Source of the DNA: Chiloscyllium plagiosum
Taxonomy: Eukaryota
DNA: 64,000 nt
NCBI RefSeq assembly: GCF_004010195.1
Contig: NC_057711.1
Span: 71,604,080 to 71,668,079, forward strand
Direction of reading: 5' to 3'
In this document: in pieces, positions 47,755-61,400 of the stretch
How positions within the stretch are numbered: the stretch's first letter is position 1
How the letters are laid out: every line of letters begins with the position of its first letter
The notes under the pieces: generated by a model
The model's database searches: none
What the model saw: the letters and a program-made list of their open reading frames with translations, nothing else
Told to the model about the DNA's origin: nothing
Made by a program: the position numbers and the translations under genes

Positions 47755-50600
47755 CTGCCTTATCCAGCATTTATGGCCCATCCCTAGTTGCCCTTAAGAA
47801 TGATGGTAAGCTGCTTTCATGAACTATTGCAGTCCATGGGGTTGACCCACAGAGCTGTTAAAGAGGGAGTTCCAGAATTTTGATTCAGTGACAGTACAGG
47901 AATGGTGATGCTGTTCCAATTAAGGTGTGTGCTGTGTGTCTTGGAGGAAAGTTTGTTGGTTTATTTTCTGTCCTTGTTCTTCAAGATGGTCAAGCTCACA
48001 AGTTGGAAGATGCTGTTTAAGGGGCTTTAATGAGTTGTTACAGTGCATCTTATAGATATAACACACTGTTGCCACTGTGCAGTGTAAATGAAAGGACTGA
48101 CTGCTGAAGTTGATGGATGAGATGCCAATAAGGTAGTTTGCCTTACCCTGGATGGTGTTAAAGTGTTGTTGGGGCTGCACTCATCTGGGTAAATGGGAGG
48201 TATTCTATCACTATCGTGATTTCAACCTTCCAGATGGTGGAGAGGTTTTGTAGATTCAGGGAGTGAGCTATTTACCGCAGAATTCCCAGACTCTGGCCTG
48301 CCCATGTAGCCACTGTATCTGTATGGCTAGTTCAATTCAGTTTCTGTTTAAAGATAATCCCCATGGATGTTGATAGTTGGTGATTCAGGGATGGTAAAGT
48401 CATTGAATATCAAGGGTTGTTTGGTGATTCTCTCTTGCTGAAGATGGTCATTGCCAAGCACTTGTGTAGTATGGTTGTTAACTGCCACTTGTCAGCCCAA
48501 GCCCGAATATGGTTCAGTACATGTTGCATGTGAACATGAACTGCTTCAATATCTGAGGAGTCACAAATAGTGTTGAACATTGTGCAATTACCAGCAAACA
48601 TCTTCAAATCTGACCTTGTGATGGAGAGGAGGTCATTGCTGAAGGTTGGTTGGTTGTGCCTTGAACACTACCCTGAAGAACTCCTGCAGAGGTGTGTGTG
48701 GCAGAGATGATTGAGCTCTAATAGCTACAATCATCATCTTTTGTGCTAGATATGACTCCAAAGAGTGGAGCGTTTTCCACTGATTCTCAATCACTCCAGA
48801 TTTCCTCAGATTCTTTACTGCTGTACTTGGTTAAATGCTAGCTTAATGTCAAGGTCAATCACTGTCAATTCCCCACTTCATTTCAGCTCTCAGTCCATGG
48901 TTAGAGTAAGGCTACAAGGAGAATGGGAATAAGGGATACTGGCAGAGTCCAAGCTGAGCATCAGTAAGCAGATTATTGTTGAGTAAGTACCAGAGAATAG
49001 CACTGTTGACTACATAGTCCATTACTTTGTTGATGATTAATTGCAGACTATTGGAGCAGTAATTGATCAGTTTATAGGAAATATCTGAGCAAGTTCTATG
49101 TTGTCAGTAGATGCCAGTGCTGTAATTGTACTGGAACAGCTGGGTGAGTGATATGGTTTTTTTTGAGCACATAACTTCAGAACTACTGCTGGAATATTGT
49201 CAGAACTCATAGTCTCAGCAGTGTTCATGTCTTCAGCTGATTCTCGATATCACATCAAATCATGAAGTCTGGCATCTGTGATGTTAGGGACCTTAGGAGG
49301 AGGAAAAGATAAATTGGCTGGTAAGTACTTTGGCTGAAGATGCTCACAATTGCTTCAGCCTTGTCTTTGGCATTCATGTGCAGGGTACCTTTGTTAGCGC
49401 GGATGAAATGATATCAGTCCGAGTCCAGAGTGCGGTTTAACAATCGGTAACATTTATTGATACAATAACACCGGCGGAGACCAACCGAGGTCCGAATCTC
49501 AGCTGTTCTGCTGTTCCCGCGCGCTGCTACACATTATATACCTTTCTTTGTCAGAATGTGAGGATTTTGAGTATGAATGGGATGATAGTTCCCCATCATC
49601 GCTGGAGTAGGTGCAAATGGTGGGTTTCCTGCCATCCCAGGAGAGTTGCAGTGTACACACAATAGGGTGCTAATTGGATTATGTAAACGGTCCGGGTACT
49701 ATCTGCTTGTCTCTCTCTCTGTGAGGGCTGGGGGCTAGCACCCCCCTTTGCTCCCTTGGGGTGCTGGTGTATATCAGTCTGTTCGTTCCTGTCTGGTGGA
49801 TGCCTGTCCTTTGTGTCAGGATGATTCTGTATTGATGAATATGGGTGTGTTTCAGTCAGTCTCTTGATTTGATTAGGAGATGGGTTTCCATATTAATTAG
49901 CTCCGGAGTTTCGGTCTATGAGTCATGGTTAGTGTCTGGCCTGGTGTGGATTTGATCTGTCCTCTGGCTCCCACCTCCCGGTCACGTGGGCGGACCGGCA
50001 GCTGCTGAGTTCTGTGGGTTAAAACACAAAATGAATTCCTATAGTTTTACCGATGTAGGCATAGTCCCGTGGCAAATGCGGGGCGGCTCTGATGCCCGCT
50101 TGCACCTTCGTCATTGTGAATGGGGAGATAGGTGGAACCTTCACCACCAGTGAGCTGTTTAATTGTTCACAAATATTCACAACTGGGTGTGGCAGAACTG
50201 CAGAGACTAGGTCTGGCCCATTGTTTGTGGGATTGCTTAGCTCTGTTAATCGCATGCTGCCAATGCTACTTAACATGCAAGTAATCCTGTGTTGTAACTT
50301 CACTGGGTTGACAGCTCATTTTTAGGTTTGCCTGTTGCTGTTCCTGACATTCCCTCTGCACACTTCACAGAACCACAGTTGATCCCCTGGCTTGATGATA
50401 ATGGTGAAATGGGGGATATACTGGGCTATGAGCTTACAAATGGCGATTGAATACAAATCTATTGCTGGTGGCCCCAGAGCTTCATGATGCCGAGTCCTGT
50501 GTTGCTGGATCTGTGTGAAATCTATCTCATTCAACACAATGGAAGTTCCACATCATACAACGGACAGTATCCTCAATGTGAAAATTTTTACCATCTACCA
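47755..50600 (-). mobile_element. CR1-group family B LINE, decayed, interrupted by a solo LTR
   Basis: 3' UTR at 47770, peptide MFAGNCTMFNTICDSSDIEAVHVHMQ..IRAWADKWQ, and collinearity with 16130-18720 in reverse. Confidence 0.85.
49392..50104 (-). mobile_element. Young solo LTR (713 bp), TG...CA, with 4-bp TSD CCTT
   Basis: CCTT at 49388-91 and 50105-08; begins TGTTAG and ends TTGCA. Minus-strand TATATAA (49534-40) and AATAAA (49453-58). CpG-rich. The host LINE rejoins across it. Confidence 0.9.
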
Positions 50601-50879
50601 TGATGGGGGTCAAATCCATGTCACCAGAGCATTAGTTTGGGTGACTAGTCCAGTGACAACACCGCTTCAGTATCATCACCACTGTGTTAGATTGGACTGC
50701 AATTATTTATAACAAATTTATAAATTATTTTGTAAAGAGTACATTTATAATTCAGTGCAAATAAGTATCATATGATATTTTTTTCCCAACATTGATGATT
50801 TAATACGGAATACTCACTTCAGATGAAAGACTTGATTAATGAGTCATCATAACTTCAACCTTGATTTAAATACTTGAAG

Positions 50880-52622
50880 TTCAAAATTATATCAAGAAAC
50901 AGTTGGAGGTACTGCAAAGTGCAAAGGCTATGGACCCTGACATCATTCCAGCATTAGTACTGAAGACTTGTTCTCCAGAACTTGCCACCGCCCCCAACCA
51001 AGTCCTTCCAGTACAGTTACAACACTGGCATCTATCCTATAATGTTGAAAATTGGAAACAAACACGGAAGTTGCTGGAAAAGCTCAGCAGGTCTGGCAGT
51101 ATCTGTGAAGAGAAATCAGAGTTAACCTTTCAGGTCCAGTGACCCTTCCTCAGAAGGGTCTATTCTGTGGGTGATCAGACCCAAAACATTAACTCTGATT
51201 TCTCTGCACAGATGCTGCCAGACCTGCTGAGCTTTTCCAGCAACTTCTGTTTTTGTGTCTGATTTACAGCTTCCAAGTTCTTTTTGTTTTTGATGTTGAA
51301 AATTGCCCAGGTATGTCCAGTACATAAAAAGCAGCATAAATCCAAACCTACCAATTACCACACAATCAATCTACTCTCCATTATCAGGAAAGTGATGGAA
51401 GGTGTCATCAACAGTGCTATCAAGCTGCACTTGCTCAGCAATAACCTGCTCAGTGATGCCCAGTTTGGGTTCCGCCAGGGCCAATCAGCTCCTGACTTCA
51501 TTGCAGCCTTGGTCCAAACATGGTCAAAAAGAGCTGAATTCAAGTGATGAGGGGAGAGTGACAGCGCTTGACATCAAGGCCACATTCAACTGGGTGTGGC
51601 ATCAAGGAGCCCTCACAAACCTGCAATCAATGGGTATCGGGGGCAAACTCTCTATTGTTTGGAATCTTAGCTGGTACATAGGCAGATGGTCATGGTTGTC
51701 GGAAGTCAATCATCTCCGCTCCAAGGCACCACCTCAGGAATTCCTCAGGATAGTGTTGTAGACCCAATGATCTTTAGCTCCGTCATAAGGTCAGAAGTGG
51801 GGATGTTCACTGATGATTTAACAAGGTTCAGCACTATTTGTGACTCCTCAGATGCTGAAGCAGTTCATGTTCAAATGCAAAAAGAACTGGACAATATCGA
51901 GAATTGGGATGACAAGTGTCAAGTAACTTTTGCACCACAAAAATGCTGGGTAATGACCATCTCCAAAATAAGATCATCTAACCATGACATTCTCAATGGT
52001 GTTACCATCACTGAATCCCCCACTATCAACATCCTGAGGGTTACCATTGACCAGTAACTTAACTGGACTCACCACAACACAAAAGCAGGTCAGAGGCAAG
52101 GAATACTATGGTGATTAACTCACCTCCTGACTCCTCAAACCCTGTGCATCACTTAAAAGGCACAAGTCAGGAGTATGATGGAATACTCCACACATGCCTG
52201 GATGGGTGCAGCTCCAACAACATTTAAGGAGCTTGACACCATCCAGGACAAGTCAGCCCACTTGTTTGGCACCATATCCACAAGTATCCATTCCCTCCAC
52301 TGCTGACACCCATTATAGCAATGTGTATTATCTACAAGATGCACTGCAGAAATTCACAAAAGAACCTCAGACAGCAACTTCCAAACCTACGACCACTTCT
52401 GTCTAGAAAGCCAAGGGCAGCAGATACATGGGAGCAAGTTTCCATCCAAGGCACTTACTGTTCTGACCTGGAAATATGTTGCTGTTCCTTCACTGTCATT
52501 GGGTCAAAATCCTGGAATTCCCTTATGATGTGTATTGTGGGTCAACCTAGTGCAGGTGGACTGCAACAGTTTAAGACAGCAGCTTACCACCATCTTCTCA
52601 AAGGCATCTAGAGATGGGCAGC
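50880..52622 (+). mobile_element. CR1-group family B LINE 3' part (RT pseudogene plus 3' UTR)
   Basis: Peptides KAMDPDIIPALVLKTC, KIAQVCPVHKK..SKPTNYHTINLLS, LSDAQFGFRQGQSAPD, ALDIKATFNWVWHQG, GIPQDSV and GMFTDD. Confidence 0.92.
51055..51292. mobile_element. Penelope-derived fold-back element (family of the 40990 tail) with a perfect 13-bp TSD
   Basis: ATGTTGAAAATTG at 51042-54 and 51293-305. Minus-strand CTGAGGA-a-GGGTC actg GACCT-GAAA motif. Confidence 0.88.
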
Positions 52623-52627
52623 TAGGC

Positions 52628-52946
52628 ACGGGCAGTATGGTGGCGCAGTGGTTAGCACTGCTGCCTCACAGCACCAGGGTCCCAGGTTTGATTCCAGCCT
52701 CAGGTGACTGTCTGTGTGGAGTTTGCATATTCTCCCCGTGTCTGTGTGGGTTTCCTCCGAGTGCTCTAGTTTCCTCCCACAGTCACAAAGATGTGCAGGC
52801 CAGGTGAATTGGCCATGTTAAATTGCCCATAGTGTCAGGTAAGGGGTAAATGTAGGAGTATGGGTGGGTTGCGCTTCGGCGGGTCGGTGTGGACTTGTTG
52901 GGCCGAAAGGGCCTGTTTCCACACTGTAATGTAATCTAATCTAATC
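52628..52946 (+). mobile_element. HE1/V-SINE
   Basis: Complete head, V-domain and (AATCT)n tail. Confidence 0.92.
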
Positions 52947-53365
52947 TTATGTACTCCCCCAACCCATGGAAAAGACCTTGTCTATTTACCCTATCCAATC
53001 CTCTCACGATTTTATTATTCCAAGTGTTAAAAACTTCCAGCAGTAGACATTGTGCAATATTGTAAGAAATGTATTGGCAACTCAACAGCCCTTTTTGCAA
53101 ACTTCCAGATCTTTATTTCCATTGGTATCACTCCCCTCAATGAAATAGCTTGCCAGGATGACTTTTTTTTCTATTATAGTGGAGGCTGATAGGGTTCAGT
53201 GTTTGATTTTTTAAGTGGCGGGAGGGGCTTAATGTGAGACGTTTTTGCCAAATTTACAGGCCTCTCCAGTTAAGCTGTTAAGGAAGATCCATCTTTCGTG
53301 ACACAGAATCCCATTATCCATATTAAAATAAGGTGACCAGCCTCTGACCCTGCATACAGAGTCAA

Positions 53366-53586
53366 TAAAGTTGGTTCTGCTAAAGCACAGTACAGTATTT
53401 CTGTTCTCATGCAATCCCGTGTTATAAGAAAATGGCAAAGTATCATTTAAACGAATGGGGCTGGAATTGTGTTATAATAAATGCATGCTTTAAAGGTTTG
53501 TGCTTTAGAAACGGTGTCCCCAATTCATCCATTGTGTTATAGTGAATTTGCATTAATGATTTGCACAGTATAGCAGAATTACCTGG
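53366..53586. mobile_element. Older copy of the Tigger-like MITE at 2884-3101, in the opposite orientation
   Basis: Reverse-complement similarity (TTTAGAAACGGTGTCCCCAATT vs AATTGGGAACACTGTTTCTAAA); the ends GTTCTGCTA / TAGCAGAAT are inverted. Confidence 0.65.
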
Positions 53587-54339
53587 ATCAAATATCATTC
53601 AAAAATGTATCCTTGCATTTTCACATGACATTGGCTCAAAGGATTTTCACTCTCAAGATATAAGGATAGTTTTTAAAAGAGCTAAAAAGACATTTGCTTG
53701 ATCTATAACAGAAGACGAAAGTTGTTTCCATTTATCAAAACGATATTTAACTTTAATTACTTGGATCAATTATTTGTAAAACTTCAGAAAGAGCTATCTT
53801 TCTACACATTTTCTACCAATGGCAAACATTAATTTTTCATTTTCAAGTAATTGTTAGAAATGATAGTACAAAGTTTAGCTATTATTAAATACTCTCTCAT
53901 TTGAGACACCAGCTGGAAGGTGAGTTGGTAAATACATCAGTGCAAGACCCCAGAGAAACTTAAACAAACACCATTTATTGAACTTCTAAATTATTTACAG
54001 AGTAACTGACCTTTTGTACGAAGCTCAAATGCACGCCTTAGTTTTACCAAAAAAGTTAATGATTTCTCCAGTCAAAACAGCACATGCCTACTGTTACATT
54101 TTCTTTGCAAGTTGCTTTGAAGATGTTGAATTTTTTTTAAAGGTAAATGTAATAGCTGAAAATGAATGTAACTTCAGAATAAAACCTTGCAACTTATAAA
54201 CTAAATTTAGGGAAAAATAAGTAACTGAGGCTAACACAGGGGGCAGAATTGTCTGTCATTGAGCCGAAGTTCAGAACTGAACCTGTACGTGAGTTTTATT
54301 ACCTCTGGGGAGTGAGTTGCAATATCTCATGTGACCATT

Positions 54340-55700
54340 CGGTGTTATCTTGACAGTTTTCCAATCCTCTGGAGCTCTTCAAGAATTTAAGGATTATTGG
54401 AAGATTACTACCACCGCATCCAACATTTCAGCAGCTGCTTCCTTTAAAATCCTAGGATGCGACTCATCATATCTTGGGCAATGTTTGATCTTTAACCCCA
54501 TTAGTTTCCTAGTACATTTTCTCTTGTGACAGTTATTGTCTTTATTTCTTCTCTCCCTTTCACCGCTTGATTATTTAGTATTTTTGGAACGCTATTATTG
54601 TCTTCTATCATGAAGAGTGATTCAAACTACTTCGCAATTTCTCTGCCATTTCCCAGATTCCCATTATTATTTCCCTAGCCATATTCAGAAAGGGACCTAT
54701 GATCACTTTTCCTTTCTCTTGTTTTTATATATTTAAAGGAGCTGTTACTTTTTGTGTACCCTCAAAGTCTATTTTTACTCTCATTATCTTTTTGGTCATA
54801 TTTTGGTTTTCAAAACTTTCCCAATCCTCTGGTTTACCACTAATCTTTGCCATATTGTGTTATTTTCTTTCAGTTTGACACAATCATTAACTCCCTTGGT
54901 TAACCAAGAGCAGCTTATACCTTTCCGAGAATTGTTCTTCCTCACTGAGATATATTTTTGTTGTGAGTCATGAAATATTTTCTTAATCATCTACCATAAG
55001 TCATCAAAAGATTTTTTTTTCTGCTAAACTCCTTTCCTCTCCTGCCAATTCAGCCCTCATTCCTTTGACATCACCCTTATTAATGTTTATCACAAGTATT
55101 TGCTACCTAGATTTCTCATTCTCAATCTGAATACTAAATTCTACCATGTTATGGTAAATGTTTCTCAGTGAGATTCCAAAGATACAGGGTCCTTTGCATT
55201 TATACCATGTCACACTAACAAAGCTACCCAACATTCTGTCTGTCCTTTCAAAAAGTTTCATCTCTCAATATTTAGTTCTCAGCTTTGATCATCTTGTAAC
55301 TATGTGTCAGTAATGGTCATAAGATCTGTTGACTGACCCAATTGCATCATGCTTCATCTCTTCCAGAATCTTATTCTAAGGACAACTGAAAACATTTAGC
55401 CAGTGTCTCCACAATTTTCACCCTTAGTTCCTTCAATGACCTTGTATGCATATGATCTGGTCCAGCTGCCTTAACAACTTGAAGAACTGGGATATAGACT
55501 AGCCAGTACCCCCTCCTTATCCATCTTGTACATGTTTAGTGACTCAATTTCCTCCTCTGTCACAGCGGTCAGGATAGCATCTGCTTCCTTGCTAAAGGCA
55601 GATGTTTTTAATACCTAAGCCATGCCCTCAGCCTTCATGTGTAAATCCTTTTCTTGATCCATAAGCAGCTTTCATTTTCCTTTTACAAGTCTTGTGCTAT
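54340..55700 (-). mobile_element. Decayed CR1 ORF2 5' fragments
   Basis: Peptide IFHDSQQKYISVRKNNSRKGISCSWLTKGVNDCVKLKE is typical of the CR1 post-endonuclease region. Confidence 0.6.
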
Positions 55701-56597
55701 TTATGTTATGTCTCCTATTTTAGTATAATTTATAAATTAACACACCACTCCCTGCAGCCATAGCCAAATCATTGGTCTACTACCTTGAAAGATAATTTAA
55801 CGTTTTAAGCAAAAGTATTTCCACTCAAAGAAAAATGATGGCTCTGGCATGGCTCACACTTGTGAAGATCATCAATTCTGACCCCACTCTTACTTAAGCC
55901 AGCATTGTGGTTTAAACAACTCTGATCTATAAAAACAATTCCCCTGATATGATGGCTTGTGTATAAATTTTGATTCCATTGCTGCTGAATTTTCTCATGG
56001 CATGAGTAGTTCAAACCTGACACAATGGAAATTAGATCATATTGCAGAACCGCTGTACTTTCACTGAGATAGGAGATTATCATGACAACCTACTTGTATG
56101 CTGGGTTACCTGTGTGCCTGTATTGTAGACACACCATGTCACATGAAGAACATCAAACTAATAGTGTTCTAAAAGGGAATCAGAAATGCCTTTCGGTATA
56201 GCATTTTGATAACAATTTGCAGCAGTAGATACTCAAATTGAAGGAGCCAAATAATTCTCTGCTGCCTCCTTATAGAAGAACTAAGTTCATTTTTGGACAT
56301 GCCTTTCATTGTTATTAATATTTTATCAATTATGTAAAGATATGAAATCATGAATTAATATCTGCATTGTTTGGTGTTGCCAGCTTTATTAAAGGGAGAT
56401 CTGGTAGTTTCCAGATGGTCACTTTTGATATCTTGTAGCATTTACCACTTCTATCAGTCAGTGGTAATGGATAAAGGCTGTTTCAGGTGTTTCACTATCA
56501 GTTCTTTGCTTTGTCATTGGCCTACCTAGTGATAAGTGGTAGAGGATACATCACTGTGGAGTATCTACAGAATCAGCAGTGGTCAAAGGTAGCAAGA

Positions 56598-56925
56598 AGG
56601 GGTGGCACAGTTGTTAGCACTACTGTCTCAAAGCGCCAGGGCCCTGAATTCAATTCCTCCCTCAGGCAACTGTGTAGAGTTTGCACATTCTCCCAGTGTC
56701 TGCGTTGGTTTCCTCCGGGTGCTCCAATGTCCTCCCACAGTCCAAAGATATGCAAGTTAAGTGGATTGCTCATGGTAAGTTGCCAATAGTGTCCAAGGCT
56801 AGGTGGGTTAGCCATGAGAAAAACAGAATTATAGAGTATGAGGGTGTCTGGGTGGGCAGCTCCTTGGATGGTCACCGCCGACTCAATGGGCCAAAAAGCC
56901 TGCTTCCACACGGTAGGGATTCTAC
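56598..56925 (+). mobile_element. HE1/V-SINE
   Basis: Head, V-domain and tail. Confidence 0.88.
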
Positions 56926-58065
56926 AATTAAGGTTTATTGCATGGCGGCAATCAGTACAGGCACATTTGGTCAGGCATAAATACTATGACCTTAGGGAGC
57001 TGGTAACAGATAGATATGCTCACTCTGAAAACTGGAGTAGGAGTCTTTGTGTTCACCCTCAGACTGTGTGTGACATCAGGCAAATGGGTGACATAAACAT
57101 TGACTCCTGTACAACCACTACCTTACACAACAGGAGAGAGACCATTTACCATTCAATCTCCCTTTTATCCCATGAGACTGGTGTACTTTAAATATTTTTC
57201 CTGCTGCTGCTCCAGAATACCCTATGTTTCTGAATTTATGTCGCTATAAATAGAGTCGTTGATGTTTAACTTTTAACTTCTGCTTTCAAGGAACAAGCTC
57301 CTTTTAAAAGCCAGAGACAACACTCAAACAATCAATGCCCTTTGCCTTAGTACTCTGACTTTGCTCAATTTCGGTGTAAAGTTCATTATGTTTATAAGCA
57401 TGAAGCACAAGATAGGCTGAGAAAAAAAATCTACAACCTTTGACTTGTATGTGTAGCTTAAAATTAGTTTGCAACAGTTATTTTTCTGACAGTGGATCAC
57501 TGTATTTTTTTCAACCACAGCCTCCAATTTGAAAACAGCCCATCTGGTGGGATTGAAGCTGGATAGAAATCTGTTTCACATCAGATTACTTGGACACCCC
57601 ATTGCTGTCAATGCAGCACAGATGTAAAATCTGAACACATTGGGCTCCCACTGTGTCTGTTAGGTTTAAATGGTGCAAATTTGGTAAAGATTTTCTTGGT
57701 GAGCAAAGTTTTTAAAAAATTCATTCATTGGATATGAACATTGCTGGCTATTGCCCAGAGGGCAGTCAGAATCAGTTACATTCCTGCAGAAATGAAATTA
57801 CATCTAGCTCAAATCAGGTAAGGATGGCAGACTTCCCTTAATAATCAAATAACTCGATGAATTTTTAATGATAATCAATGACGGCTGCACGGTTATCATT
57901 AGACTAGTTCTTTAATACACATCAAATTTCACGACCTGCCATTGTGGGATTTGAACCCACGTCCATGGAACAAAAAAACTAGGACTACTTATCCAATGGC
58001 ATTGCTACTACAACACCATTACCCTTCAGCAAAACATTGTTCAAAACCTGAGAGATCAGAGAAAC

Positions 58066-58490
58066 TGGGTCCCTGGTGCTGTGAGGCAGCAGTGCTAACC
58101 ATTGAGCCACCAAGCTGGCTGCAATGGGCAGCTTGGTGTTTCAGTGGATAGCACTGCTGCCTCACAACACCAAGGGCCCACGTTCAATTCCATTCTCAGC
58201 TGATTTGTCTGTGTGGAGTTTGCACATTTTCCATGTGTCTGCGTGGGTTTCTTCCAGGTGCTCCAGTTTCCTCCCCAAGTCCTAAAATCTGCAGGTTAGA
58301 TGGATTGGCCATGCTAAATTGACCACAGTACCCAGGAATCTGCAGGCGAGGTGGGTAGCCCTGGGAAATGTGGGGTTACAGGGATAAAGTAGAGGAGCAA
58401 ATCTGGATGGGATATTCTTCGGAGGGTCAGTATGGACTCAATGGGCCAAATGGTCTGATTCCACACTATAGGGATTCTATTCTATTCTCT
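58066..58490 (+). mobile_element. HE1/V-SINE (58126-58490) preceded by an inverted copy of its own head (58066-58117)
   Basis: 52-bp inverted arms with an 11-nt spacer. Confidence 0.88.
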
Positions 58491-61400
58491 AAATCATAGA
58501 AGGACAGCAGATCCCTCAAATACTCACTATCAAGAAAGCAAATGTTAAGTTTGAAATAAGCAAGAAAAATATTAGCCAAAGAATAAAGTCAAGGATCCTT
58601 TAAAGAGTAAACAGTGCTATATTTTATCCATTTCATTCATTTACTTTAATATAATACTCATTGGATTGAATATAAACAAAAGGCTTTATATAATACAAAT
58701 TCCGGACACATCTGAAGGTCAAGTGTTCCTTAACCCTCTTAATCAGACACAAAATATTTTTCCTCCTGCTAAGTGTTTCTGTAGCCAATCAGTTTATTTT
58801 ACCAAGCCTTTGAGGTTGCCTTGAGATTGTAATAACTCAGCTGATGAAGGCCAGGATTCAGGTTAATGACTCATTTGTGTATTGAGCCTTAGAAAAACAT
58901 ATCCAGGGTTGGCTGATCCAGTGCAGCATAAGACAACTATTTGCATTGGGGTGTTTCAGATTGAGGAACAATTCACAGGAAAGACTGGTAGGATGAGGGA
59001 GGGAGATAGTGCGAAGTTCAGAGAGCAGCGATCAAGTTCTCTTCAAAAAACATTTTATTAGAAGGCCCGGCAACAAAAATAATGCTTTCCTATTATGCGG
59101 TACTTCCTGACTCTAAGACATTATGCATGAAATGCGTGATGCTATTTCAGACTCCAATCCCTCCCCAAATTGGTCCCTATAACACTGGCTGAACCTTTTA
59201 TTTTCCTGTGACTGTGAGATGAGTTCACTGCAGTGATTGTTCAAAGACAGATAGTAAGTTGAGAAATCTGTCACATCCCCAGTGAGCTTGAGCAAGCAGG
59301 CTTTGCACGTCCTATAATAGGAAGGAAAGAAATGGAAACGATTAGCAAGTCCTATGGAATGCATGGTTAGTTTTGTCAGTTAGTATACTGCATTATACAC
59401 ACTGGAGGTTTGAAACCAAATTACCTATATGCATGTAGGGCAGAAAAAAAAATGATCAAGCTGGTTTAATCTTAACCTTGAGATACTTTGCAATAGCAAG
59501 TTTAAACAATGAATCACTCTGCATTCAACTCTGAACAAAACAGATTTCAATCTGTTGAGGTCAGAACTGCAATAGTTTTGCAGCTTACAGTCAGGCAATT
59601 ACGACACAAGCTTTTGGGTAATGTGCTTGAATATGGGGCCCTTGGTAAAACACAGAAGGGCAGACACATAACTGTTGGATTAATTTCATTTAAGTGGGCG
59701 TATTCAGATATGATTCACTTTATTATTTACCCATTGCATTAAGAATCCACGTTGTATTGAGAGGATTTTTACAGCTTTCTGCCTGCGAATTAAAAAGAGG
59801 CAAGCCCACTACCTTCATGCATGACCCGAGCTGACTCCGACATCATGGAAGTAGTCAGCCAGCACCAGTACTTAGACTTATTGAGTTAACAGCTTTTTTC
59901 CTCATCCATTGCCATAATACAGTGTGTGGAGGAAGATAGAAAAAAAGTGGCCATCTTTAACCTCATGCTTAAAGTGGGTGATGAGAAGGGAGGGAGTATC
60001 TCCTACAGGTGATTCCCTCTGTTTCTTACCTCAGTACCTCATCTCTGTCGTTCTACTAACTCCAACTGTTCCCCCAGCTTTCAAAACTCACAAACACTCC
60101 GCCCTCTACTCCGTAGGAACTCAGATCCTTGCCTGGTCCAAAGCACCAGGCTTATATCCATGTTTTCCTTGGAGTTCAATGCAGTCCCACTCATGGCTCC
60201 TGCTGCTGGCATAGCTCTGCTGACAGCCAATTGGATCTTGAGGGAAGGATTTCTATTCCTTGAGGAGTGGTGTCTCACCTTCAGCTCATTAGGACCATGC
60301 CCAGTTACAATCACTCCAGAGCAACTTTTCTAACTTGGTCTGCTCAAGACGAATTTTTATACTGGTAGAGTAAAGGCTGATAACAATGCAACATGCCCCC
60401 AATAAAGATCACACCAATATTTCTGTGTAATGTGCATTAAAGGTGCTAAATAGACACTCTTTGTTTGCCTTTTTAAAAATGTATTTACTACATATATATC
60501 TTTCAATGTATGGAAAGGCTCTGGGGGGCATTTCAAGCAAGTCCACATTGCTGTCTGAGCTCTGGGCCCCAAAAACTGTTCCATCATTCTTTGCTTACAT
60601 TGACCTTCAGGTTTATGAGCAGCAGGTTACATTGAGTCTTGGAGCAATGACCTACAACAGGGTGTCATATACACTGCAGGCATGGTAATATTGTAAATCT
60701 TTAGCCAATACTTTTTTAATTGGGTGCAAACAAGTTGTTAATATATCTGACACAAATCAATTTGAGATTTAGCATTTGCACTGCAGAAATTTTCATGTCC
60801 CCAGCATGCTTAAAAATGGATATAGAGAGAGGTGAAGCTTCCTCATATCTATCTGAGGAATTCACAAATTTCATTTTTTGCAGATGGACCAACGTCAAAT
60901 GACCTTGGAGCTTCCGAGGCGGTTAATCTCCATATTTCTTACTGGAAGAAAAGGGAAGACTGAAACTCATTGGGCACAATCGGTCGGCCTTAGAAATGTT
61001 AGCTTATATGTTAGCGGATATGAATACAACATATTATGCGGAAACATCTTGAACCTGTGAGACAGCAAGGTGTTCTTTGGCTGTTTTAAAGACTGGCCAA
61101 TAACTGTCTGCAGGCTGATCCAGCAAAGACCTCAGAACCATGAGTCATCAGCCAGTCTGAGAACTACATTCTGAAACTAGCCGTAAGTCTTCAAGCAACT
61201 AAGCTACCTAACCTATTCCAGCTCCAACAGTCGCATGAGAACCATCCTCCTGGATGGATACAAGAAACCTCACAACTTTGGAGTGAACCCTTTGCTTCAG
61301 AAGACCCCCACTTCAATTTTAAATTAAAATCCATTCAGTAAAGCCCAGGTCTGCTTATGGGAGTATGGCAAAAGTAAATCAGAAACTGAAAAAAGCTTAT

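Noticed and set aside
57200..57550. Possible conserved non-coding elements in unique stretches (also about 28270-28480, 37760-37870 and 63590-64000)
   Set aside because: Conservation cannot be judged from a single sequence.
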